DNA of 64,000 bases. Origin: Alphaproteobacteria bacterium (GTDB lineage: Bacteria > Pseudomonadota > Alphaproteobacteria > RF32 > CAG-239). Location: contig JAZSBR010000024.1 in assembly GCA_045602545.1 (NCBI GenBank), positions 20,749 to 84,748 on the forward strand, written 5' to 3'. The position numbers and the translations under genes are program-made. The notes beneath the pieces were generated by a model. That model did no database searches and was not told the DNA's origin. It worked only from the letters and a program-made list of their open reading frames with translations. This document shows, in pieces, positions 56,619 through 64,000 of this stretch; the first letter of the stretch is position 1, and each line of letters opens with the position of its first letter.

Positions 56619-58928
56619 ATGCAACAATTTAAGATTTTATTGAAAAAAGAATTATTGTCTTATATGCGGACAAGCCTATTTTACGGACTGCTGTTTATTT
56701 ATCTTTTTGCTTCATTTGCGTCAGCTTTTTATTTTAAGGATATTTTGACGGCGAAGGATACGGCATTGTTTTCGCTTTTTTCCATGCAACCTTATATTTT
56801 GGCGGTTATAATTCCGGCAATCACCATGAAATTGTGGACTGATGAATATAAAAACAACAGTGCCGAATTTCTTTTGACTTTGCCGGTAAGTTTGCAAAAA
56901 GTTGTAGCGGCAAAGTTTTGTTCTGCCGTGATTTTGTGTTCTTTATTGATTTTGAGCTTGTTGCCTTTTATCATATATGTTTCATTTTTGCTTAAACTCG
57001 ATTATATGAATATTTTATGCGCATATTTAGGCTTGGAAATGCTGATATGTTTTCTTTGCGCAATCGGGGTTTTTATTTCTTCATTAACCGAAAACCTGAT
57101 TGTTTCTTATGTTTTGAGTATATCCGTATTTTTGATGTTGCTTATGGTTCCTCAGTCAATGCTGATTATTACTTATCATGACTTTTTGTTTGCCGAAATC
57201 GGATTATTTGATGTTTTTTATTTTATTTCTTTTTCGGTTTTGTTCTTATTTTTCAATAAGCTAGTAATTGAATATCGTCGCAACGGCTTCAAAAATAAGC
57301 CGTTTCTGATGTTTTTGCTGATTGTTTCATCTATGGTTGCCAATTTGCTGGTTTGTTGGATGTTGAGTGTTTTTGATTATAAGGCTGATTTAACGCAAAA
57401 CAGGCTTTATTCGCTTAAAAAATCTTCTGTTGAAATTGTGGAAAAAATAAGAACACCTTTGGAAATAAATCTTTATATTTCAAAGGATTATCGTCGTAAT
57501 GACTATGCAATCGCTTATTATTTTGAGCAAATTTCACGTTTTTTAAAAAAATATCAACGAAAGTCCAAAGGTCTGATAAAGGTCAATATCAGCGAAATAA
57601 GCGCTTTTTCCGATGAGGAAAATTCAATCATAAAAAATGGTATTTTTGCCGTTAAAAATGATGCGGGAAGTAAGAATTACTTAGGTGCTGTTATTAAGGA
57701 TAATAACGGCAATCAGGAAGTTATTACCATGTTTTTGCCGGAACGTCACTCGTATTTGGAAGAAGATGTTGACCGAGCTTTGTTGAAAGTCGCATTTCCG
57801 GAATTGAAAAAACGGGTAGGGGTTTATTTTGATGGCGAGCAAAATCTTGATGATTTTGAAGGCGCGGGTCTTATTTTTGAAAATGAATATAATGTCGGGT
57901 TATTGAATAACAGTTCGTATCAGCTTACTAAAGATGCCGATGCTGTTATTTTGGTTAATCCGAAGGGATTATCGCCTGTTTTTATGTATGCGCTTGATCA
58001 ATATGTTATAAACGGCGGTAATCTGTTGATTTTTGCCGATAAACAAACGGAAAATCAATTTGATGATATCAATTCGCAAACGCTTTCTATTACAAGATTA
58101 TTGAAAAATTGGGGAATTGAGTTGTCAGATGTTTTGGTTGATGAGGGAAAAGTTGTCGGAAAGTTTGCCAAGTCACAATATCCGCTTAAATTAAAGTCAG
58201 CCTGTGCGCTTGATATTACCGGTGAAGATGCAAAAATTACGCCTTTGATTGAAAATGACGATAAGCTAATCGGAGCCATCGTGCAGAAAGAATTTAAGTC
58301 GTTTTATAGTGCAAACCCATATAAACAAACGCTTATCGGACCGATGATGCGCCCGTATAGGTCCAGAGGCGGTGAGGGTAAAGTGGCTGTTGTCTGCGAT
58401 GCCGATATTTTGCTTGAAGGAAATTGGATTGCCAAATCATCTCCGGACAGAAATATTTTCGGGACAATAGAAATTGCCGGAAACGGCAGATTTATACAAC
58501 TTCTGACGGACTATATGACAAACAATAATCTTTATGATATATTACCGCAAAATGATTATGCCGTTAATATCAGCGGAATCGGTGAAAAAATTGCTGAAAA
58601 AATTAAAAAATCAACCGAAAATGAGGAGATTGAGCTTAATGCCGAGATTTCTGATTTATCGTCTCAAGTTTGGAAAATTGCCGATTATGATGAAGAAAAT
58701 TTATCGATGGTTCTTGATTTTACCGATGCCGGTCGCGAATTGCAGAGTGTGACCGAACAGCTCAATAATATAAAATATGAACAGGCAAAAGCCTATAATG
58801 ACACTATCAATAAGCTGAAAATGATTTTGATTATTATTCTTCCGCTTGTTGAAACTTTAGCCTTATTTTTAGTATATTTTGCTTATCAAAGAAGAAAAAA
58901 CAAAAAAATTAAGGAATTGCTGAAATGA
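56619..58928 (+). CDS. Fused ABC-2 permease (GldF-like) + GldG-like auxiliary domain protein
   Basis: The N-terminal ~240 aa have 6 TM segments of ABC-2 type. A large extracytoplasmic domain and a C-terminal TM anchor follow, as in GldG / ABC_transp_aux. Confidence 0.65.
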   Translation: MQQFKILLKKELLSYMRTSLFYGLLFIYLFASFASAFYFKDILTAKDTALFSLFSMQPYILAVIIPAITMKLWTDEYKNNSAEFLLTLPVSLQKVVAAKFCSAVILCSLLILSLLPFIIYVSFLLKLDYMNILCAYLGLEMLICFLCAIGVFISSLTENLIVSYVLSISVFLMLLMVPQSMLIITYHDFLFAEIGLFDVFYFISFSVLFLFFNKLVIEYRRNGFKNKPFLMFLLIVSSMVANLLVCWMLSVFDYKADLTQNRLYSLKKSSVEIVEKIRTPLEINLYISKDYRRNDYAIAYYFEQISRFLKKYQRKSKGLIKVNISEISAFSDEENSIIKNGIFAVKNDAGSKNYLGAVIKDNNGNQEVITMFLPERHSYLEEDVDRALLKVAFPELKKRVGVYFDGEQNLDDFEGAGLIFENEYNVGLLNNSSYQLTKDADAVILVNPKGLSPVFMYALDQYVINGGNLLIFADKQTENQFDDINSQTLSITRLLKNWGIELSDVLVDEGKVVGKFAKSQYPLKLKSACALDITGEDAKITPLIENDDKLIGAIVQKEFKSFYSANPYKQTLIGPMMRPYRSRGGEGKVAVVCDADILLEGNWIAKSSPDRNIFGTIEIAGNGRFIQLLTDYMTNNNLYDILPQNDYAVNISGIGEKIAEKIKKSTENEEIELNAEISDLSSQVWKIADYDEENLSMVLDFTDAGRELQSVTEQLNNIKYEQAKAYNDTINKLKMILIIILPLVETLALFLVYFAYQRRKNKKIKELLK

Positions 58929-59833
58929 ATAAAAAATATTTGTTTGTTATATGTTCAATGATTGTTATTTCCGTGGGCAGTCTTTTGCTGGGGCTCAAGC
59001 ATTTGGAAGAAAAAACAGTCAGTGAAATGCTGGGGGCTAATACTTTTATCAACACCAAGAACAATTTGTTCAAGTTAGGGCGGATTGTTATAACAAATTC
59101 CAATCAAGAACAAATAAATCTTTATTATGACGGAAACTGGTATTTTGAGGAGGCGGCCGATTATTTTGTTGATGAAAATGCCATGCGTAATTTGTTTAAT
59201 GCCGTCAATGATTCCGTTTTGGTTGAAAATGTTGAGCCGATAAGAGAAGAAGACACTTTCAATATCAAGACTTTTGATAATGAAGGCAATTTGTTGGATG
59301 ATATAAATTTTGCCAATAATGATATGTCGTATGTTAAATATGCCGGAAAAAAGAATTGGTATAAAGCAAGTAACTTGGATGATATTTCATTTAATCCGAC
59401 AGATTTATTGCCATATCCGTTGCTATCGGTGCCGGAAGAATTTATTTCAGCCGTTAATATCAACAATCATTATGCTACGAAATCCGCTTTAGATGAAATT
59501 AAGCCGTTTAATGAGAGCATCAGTAGTTTTTTTGATGCGTTGAAAAGTATTGATTATGTCGGAATTATCTCGGAAGAGTTATTTGCTGAAGACTATGCAA
59601 GCGCACCGTCAAAAGAGATTAAACTGTATCTTATGGGAGGGCTTAATTATCGCTTGCAGGTTTATAAGGCAGACGAAGTATATTATCTTAAAATTATGCC
59701 TGAACGCGAGCTTATAGCAAGAACGGAAGTTAATGCAATCATCAAGACCAAGAAAATGTATTATGACGGCTGGCTGTTTCAACTTTCGGATGAGCAGGGA
59801 AAACTGCTTTATGAAATTTCACTTAAATATTAA
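58925..59833 (+). CDS. DUF4340-like membrane-anchored protein
   Basis: It has an N-terminal TM segment. Its position immediately after the GldG-like gene is typical of DUF4340. The assignment rests on context and architecture. Confidence 0.5.
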   Translation: MNKKYLFVICSMIVISVGSLLLGLKHLEEKTVSEMLGANTFINTKNNLFKLGRIVITNSNQEQINLYYDGNWYFEEAADYFVDENAMRNLFNAVNDSVLVENVEPIREEDTFNIKTFDNEGNLLDDINFANNDMSYVKYAGKKNWYKASNLDDISFNPTDLLPYPLLSVPEEFISAVNINNHYATKSALDEIKPFNESISSFFDALKSIDYVGIISEELFAEDYASAPSKEIKLYLMGGLNYRLQVYKADEVYYLKIMPERELIARTEVNAIIKTKKMYYDGWLFQLSDEQGKLLYEISLKY

Positions 59834-59869
59834 CCATATGCGCTTGACAAGGATATGATTTATCTGTGT

Positions 59870-61108
59870 TTATCTTCTTCTTTTTTTGCTTGAAGATGAA
59901 GCAACCAGAGCCAACACAAAATTGATGATTTTTCCCTGATTGCGCTTGCCTAAGCGATTCCAAAAATCAATCATTTTGAGCCAAAAACTAACCTTCGGTT
60001 TTTCGGGTTTGACTGCGACGGCTTTGCTTTCTTCTTGAGTCTGTTCAACATAAGGAGCCGGCTCTTTAATCTCGCAATGATATGGTTTTAAGGTTTCAAT
60101 GATATAATCGTCGGGAGTATAAACGCCTAAAATGCGCGTTAAAGTTCCGTTTTCTTCCAAAAGTAGCGAGTCGCCCTTGCCGAGCAGGTCTTCGGCGCCG
60201 GTAGTGTTGAGAATCGTCATGGAATCGGCAGGAGATGCAACTTTATAAGCAAGTCTTGTCGGCAAGTTTGCCTTTATACTTCCGGTAATCACATCAACTG
60301 ACGGGCGCTGAGTTGCAATAACCATATGAATGCCGGCGGCTCTGGCTTTTTGCGCCAGAATTTGCACCTGTTTTTCAACTGTTTTATCAAACATAATCAA
60401 GTCGGCAAATTCATCAATAATGCAGACAATATAAGGCATTTCAAGCCCTTTTTCGTGATATTCCGAGATGTTTCGCACCATTTCGCGTTCAAACAAAGAA
60501 TAGCGCTTGTTCATTTCCTCAGCCAGCTGTTTCAAGCAAGAGCTTGCCGCCTGCATATCGGTAATCACCGGACGAAGCATATAGCGCTGATTGTTATACA
60601 TACTGAACTCAATGCGCTTCGGGTCAATCAAAACAAATTGCAATTCGGATGGCTGTTTTTTTGCAATCAACGACATGATAAAGGAGTTTAAGCCTACCGA
60701 TTTTCCGGAGCCGGTTGTGCCTGAAACCAAGAGATGAGGCATTTTTGCCAAATCACGCAAAACCATTTTTCCGCGCATATCAACACCGACACAAATCGGC
60801 AAGGCGTATGAGGTTTTTAAAAAAACTTCGGTTTGAGTTAATGGTGCAAAATCAACGCTTTTGCGGTTTTCACTCGGCAACTCGAAAGCAATAAGCTGAG
60901 AATTGGCAATCGGGCTTACGCGCACACCGCTGATACCGATTTCACGGCTGATATCTTTAATAACCTTTTCAATCGCGCTTAACTTTGAGCCTTTGGAGAG
61001 CATAACTTCCGCTATTGTTACCAGCGGACCCTCAAACACATTTTCTACACTACCGGAAAATCCGAAATTTTCCAAAACTACGGGAAGTTCTTCTTTTATG
61101 TTTTGCAT
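59870..61108 (-). CDS. FtsK/SpoIIIE-family DNA translocase motor domain only (no N-terminal TM region, no gamma domain)
   Basis: It has an alpha domain (GPLVTIAEV..., FELPSENRKSV), Walker A GTTGSGKSVGLN, Walker B CIIDEFADL, and ATQRPSVDVITG. It is 412 aa and ends with a short hydrophobic/basic tail. Confidence 0.8.
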   Translation of the reverse strand: MQNIKEELPVVLENFGFSGSVENVFEGPLVTIAEVMLSKGSKLSAIEKVIKDISREIGISGVRVSPIANSQLIAFELPSENRKSVDFAPLTQTEVFLKTSYALPICVGVDMRGKMVLRDLAKMPHLLVSGTTGSGKSVGLNSFIMSLIAKKQPSELQFVLIDPKRIEFSMYNNQRYMLRPVITDMQAASSCLKQLAEEMNKRYSLFEREMVRNISEYHEKGLEMPYIVCIIDEFADLIMFDKTVEKQVQILAQKARAAGIHMVIATQRPSVDVITGSIKANLPTRLAYKVASPADSMTILNTTGAEDLLGKGDSLLLEENGTLTRILGVYTPDDYIIETLKPYHCEIKEPAPYVEQTQEESKAVAVKPEKPKVSFWLKMIDFWNRLGKRNQGKIINFVLALVASSSSKKRRR

Positions 61109-61111
61109 TGA

Positions 61112-61564
61112 TTACAGTCCTTTTTCGTCACCTTTTCCAAACATTTGATATTGTCCGACACCGCCGAAATATTTTCTGAAGAATCCGACATTTTCTTCCA
61201 CCTGTTTGGTTTCATCTTTGTCAACAGCAATATCATTGGCGTCGCTTAAATCAAATTTTTCAATTTTTGAAAGTGTATCGTCCTTAAAGGTTAAAGCCAA
61301 AATATCACGTTCAATTTCTTTGCCGTTTAAAAAGGCTACTTTTTTTGTTGTTGAAGACATATATATCCAATTATCATCATTTAAGCCGGTTTTTAAGCTC
61401 GGGGAACCTAAAATATAAGCAACTTCTTCTTTGCTTTGACCGGTTTTTATTTGATTAATACGCTCTTGCGACGGCATATTGCCGTTATGAACTAAAAACA
61501 AATCGCTTGAACAAGCGCCCAAAACAAGGCATAAACCGATGAAAAATATTTTACGTATTGACAT
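61112..61564 (-). CDS. bamE: Outer membrane protein assembly factor BamE (SmpA/OmlA)
   Basis: It has the lipobox LGAC and IKTGQSKEEVAYILGSPS. Its C-terminal region is extended. Confidence 0.72.
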   Translation of the reverse strand: MSIRKIFFIGLCLVLGACSSDLFLVHNGNMPSQERINQIKTGQSKEEVAYILGSPSLKTGLNDDNWIYMSSTTKKVAFLNGKEIERDILALTFKDDTLSKIEKFDLSDANDIAVDKDETKQVEENVGFFRKYFGGVGQYQMFGKGDEKGL

Positions 61565-61621
61565 ATCTTATCCTTATCATTATAACAAACATACCTTTAT
61601 ATATAACACAAGGATTTTATA

Positions 61622-62140
61622 ATGCAAAAAAAATTTTCATACCCGTTGAAAATTGAGGATTTAAATCAGAATGAGTATAAATTCGACATCAATGCCGATG
61701 CTCAGGAACTTAATGATATCAAGGAAATTCTCAAAGTTGAGAGTGTGAAATATTTTAATGCTGAAATTTATCTTAAACGGCAAAACAAGCAAAATTTATT
61801 GTTTGTCTGGGGAATTGTCAGAACTGAAATTGAGCTGAAAAGCGTTATCAGCCTGAATAATTTTTTGAAATATTACGAAGTTCCGTTTGAAATGAGGTTT
61901 GACACCAAGGCAAGCTATAAAGATATAGCAGAGCTGGGTGCCGATATTGAAGCCGATGTTCCGGATATTATTGAAAACGGGCAGATGGATTTGGCAGATA
62001 TTGCCCTTGAACAGGTTGCGCTTAACCTAGATGATTATCCGCGCGCCGAAGGTGAGTTTTTTGATTATACAAAATATGCCGATTTTACCGAAGATGAAAA
62101 AGAAAACCCGTTTGCCGTTTTAGCAAAACTCAAGAAATAA
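61622..62140 (+). CDS. yceD: YceD/DUF177 family protein
   Basis: Its size, acidic composition and the DLADIALEQVALNLDDYPR motif fit DUF177. Confidence 0.7.
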   Translation: MQKKFSYPLKIEDLNQNEYKFDINADAQELNDIKEILKVESVKYFNAEIYLKRQNKQNLLFVWGIVRTEIELKSVISLNNFLKYYEVPFEMRFDTKASYKDIAELGADIEADVPDIIENGQMDLADIALEQVALNLDDYPRAEGEFFDYTKYADFTEDEKENPFAVLAKLKK

Positions 62141-62190
62141 ATATAAAAAAAAGGCAGGGAAAACCTGCCTTATAACTTTTTTTAACGACA

Positions 62191-62643
62191 TCAGTAAGGA
62201 ATAATGCGTGACGGATTGCCGTTTATGAGCATACATCTTTGACCGGCACCGAGTAAAACGTCTGTTCCTTGAGTAACGCTGACGGTCTGACCGTTGTCTG
62301 TGCGCACAATATATTCATAACCGCCCTGTTTCATCATAGAATCTTGAATCATATTTCCGGCAAGCATACCGGCAGCTGCACCGCCGATTGCACCTAAGGT
62401 ATTAGCGCTTCTGCCGTGACCGATGGTTGAACCGGCAACACCGCCGGCAACACCGCCGAGCAAAGTTCCGGCTGTGTTGTCATCGCTTGCCACATTTACC
62501 TGACGAACGGATAAAACCGTGCAAGGAAAGGCTGAACTTGCCTGACGAACAGATGAATAGCTGTAATCATTACTTCCGATACGCGGAGCGCAAGCTGCAG
62601 CAGCCAAAATAACCGGAATAACATAGTACAATTTTGATTTCAT
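62191..62643 (-). CDS. Glycine-zipper 2TM lipoprotein (17-kDa surface antigen / SlyB-like)
   Basis: The start at 62643 has AGGAG upstream. It has the lipobox AAAAC and the Gly-zipper GTLLGGVAGGVAGSTIG...GAIGGAAAGMLAG. Confidence 0.78.
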   Translation of the reverse strand: MKSKLYYVIPVILAAAACAPRIGSNDYSYSSVRQASSAFPCTVLSVRQVNVASDDNTAGTLLGGVAGGVAGSTIGHGRSANTLGAIGGAAAGMLAGNMIQDSMMKQGGYEYIVRTDNGQTVSVTQGTDVLLGAGQRCMLINGNPSRIIPY

Positions 62644-62776
62644 ATCAAATCTCCTGAAAAAAATTACTCCCGATAAAATATCACAATAAAATTTATTGTC
62701 AAGACTGGACAATTAAAGATTGTTGTTATATAATGCGCCCGAATTTTTTAAAATTAAACATATTTATGAGGGAAAA

Positions 62777-64000
62777 ATGTTGAAAAGAACAAAAATAAAA
62801 GCCCTGTTAAGCGCTGAAAATACTATTGATTCGGTTTTGCTTAAAGGCTGGGTTAAAACAAAACGCGATTCGAAAGATTTTTCGTTTTTGGAAATAAATG
62901 ACGGATCTTGTCTGAAAAATATTCAGGTTATTGCCAATAATTCCCTCAATAATTATGACGAAATCAAAAAGTTAACCACAGGTTCGTCGGTTTGCGTTAA
63001 AGGTGCGCTTGTAGAATCCAAAGGCGGAAAACAAAAGTTTGAAGTTGTGGCTGAAACAATAGAAATATACGGCTTTTCGCCTGATGATTATCCTTTGCAG
63101 AAAAAAGGTATGACTGATGAGTTTTTGCGCGGTGTTGCGCATTTGCGTGCGCGTACCAACAAATATGGTGCCGCTTTCAGAGTTCGTTCGCGCTTGTCAT
63201 ACGCCGTGCATAATTTCTTTCAAAACCGCGGGTTTTATTATGTTCACACTCCGCTGATTACCGCTTCCGATTGTGAAGGAGCCGGCGAAATGTTTCAGGT
63301 TACGACGCTTGATTTGAAAAATCCTCCGCGCTTGCCGAACGGCGAGATTGACTATTCCAAAGACTTTTTCGGCAAAGAATCGCGCTTGACTGTTTCCGGC
63401 CAGCTTAACGGCGAAATGTATGCTTGCGCTTTGGGCGATATCTATACTTTCGGCCCTACCTTCAGAGCCGAAAATTCCAACACTCAACGTCACGCTGCCG
63501 AATTTTGGATGATTGAGCCGGAAATGGCGTTTGCCGATATTCATGATGATATGGATTTGGCTGAAGATTTTGTACGCTATCTCGTGAAAGACATCATGGA
63601 AAATTGCGCCGAAGATTTGGAGTTGTTTGAAAAGTTTGTTGATCCGACCTTGAAAGATACGCTTAAAAACATTGTTGAAAATGATTTTGCCCGTATTACA
63701 TATAGCGAAGCCATTGAACTGATGAAAAAATCCGGCCATAAGTTTGAATATGAGCCGGAATACGGAATTGACCTGCAAACGGAGCATGAGCGCTTTTTGG
63801 CAGAAACATATTTTAAGCGTCCGGTAATTGTGCGCGATTATCCGAAGGAAATCAAAGCATTTTATATGCGCTTGAATGATGACGGAAAAACCGTTGCCGC
63901 TATGGATGTTTTGGTTCCGAGAATTGGCGAACTTATCGGCGGTTCTCAAAGAGAGGATCGTTATGACTTGTTGGTTGAACGTATTAAGGAACTCGGAATG
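62777..64000 (+). CDS. asnS: Asparagine--tRNA ligase (3' end cut by window)
   Basis: This gene is absent from the ORF track because no stop codon falls within the window. I translated it by hand from the ATG at 62777: [11 protein letters not shown]...[22 protein letters not shown]. It contains the class II motif [29 protein letters not shown]17-TATAAT promoter lies at 62706-62734. Confidence 0.88.
   Translation, partial: MLKRTKIKALLSAENTIDSVLLKGWVKTKRDSKDFSFLEINDGSCLKNIQVIANNSLNNYDEIKKLTTGSSVCVKGALVESKGGKQKFEVVAETIEIYGFSPDDYPLQKKGMTDEFLRGVAHLRARTNKYGAAFRVRSRLSYAVHNFFQNRGFYYVHTPLITASDCEGAGEMFQVTTLDLKNPPRLPNGEIDYSKDFFGKESRLTVSGQLNGEMYACALGDIYTFGPTFRAENSNTQRHAAEFWMIEPEMAFADIHDDMDLAEDFVRYLVKDIMENCAEDLELFEKFVDPTLKDTLKNIVENDFARITYSEAIELMKKSGHKFEYEPEYGIDLQTEHERFLAETYFKRPVIVRDYPKEIKAFYMRLNDDGKTVAAMDVLVPRIGELIGGSQREDRYDLLVERIKELGM

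Noticed and set aside
63197-63949. A 250-aa minus-strand ORF in the ORF track.
   Set aside because: It is an antisense shadow of asnS. The plus frame from 62777 encodes an unmistakable AsnRS ([21 protein letters not shown]), and that frame is absent from the track only because it has no stop inside the window.

Overview
This is an AT-rich, gene-dense chromosomal segment; base composition was judged by eye, not computed. Genes lie on both strands and most are core housekeeping genes. Those I recognise are trkA (5' end cut by the window), recA, alr, gmk, cysK, lptG, eno, tRNA-Arg(UCU), rlpA, a PBP5-type DD-carboxypeptidase, tmk, holB and a tatD-family gene. Further along are dksA, maf, rng, yacG, a 4-gene Mce/Mla-type ABC transporter, the rsmA-surA-lptD-lptF operon, dnaK, trmB, dgkA, bamE, yceD and asnS (3' end cut by the window). 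Several signals point to a Gram-negative, probably alphaproteobacterial and possibly anaerobic or host-associated organism; this placement is inference only. The signals are a GTTC-N7-GTTC box upstream of recA, a CTTG...CCTATAT heat-shock-type promoter upstream of dnaK, MlaD+DUF2155, an RHH_4-type protein and a Cys-poor DksA. I saw no rRNA, CRISPR array, transposase, integrase or phage genes. The accessory content includes an orphan PilT/GspE-like ATPase, a type IV pilin-like protein, and a 753-aa protein whose C-terminus resembles that pilin head. It also includes a DUF3015/DUF4105 pair, a TPR-methyltransferase, a BspA-type LRR surface protein, a Gld-like ABC system, and a motor-only FtsK-like ATPase coupled to bamE. 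The observations most worth follow-up are: (1) a ~290-nt multi-hairpin leader ending in an intrinsic terminator 37 nt before the LRR gene start, which has riboswitch/attenuator architecture and matches no class I can recognise; (2) a tandem array of ~144-bp modules downstream of eno, each with a GTGTAC-N6-GTACAC palindrome and an intrinsic terminator, which may be paralogous sRNAs; (3) a 139-bp MITE-like palindromic element that supplies the start codon and part of the signal peptide of the DUF4105 gene; (4) the scattered pilus-like parts; (5) the truncated FtsK. All coordinates of non-CDS features were hand-counted and may be off by 1-2 nt.
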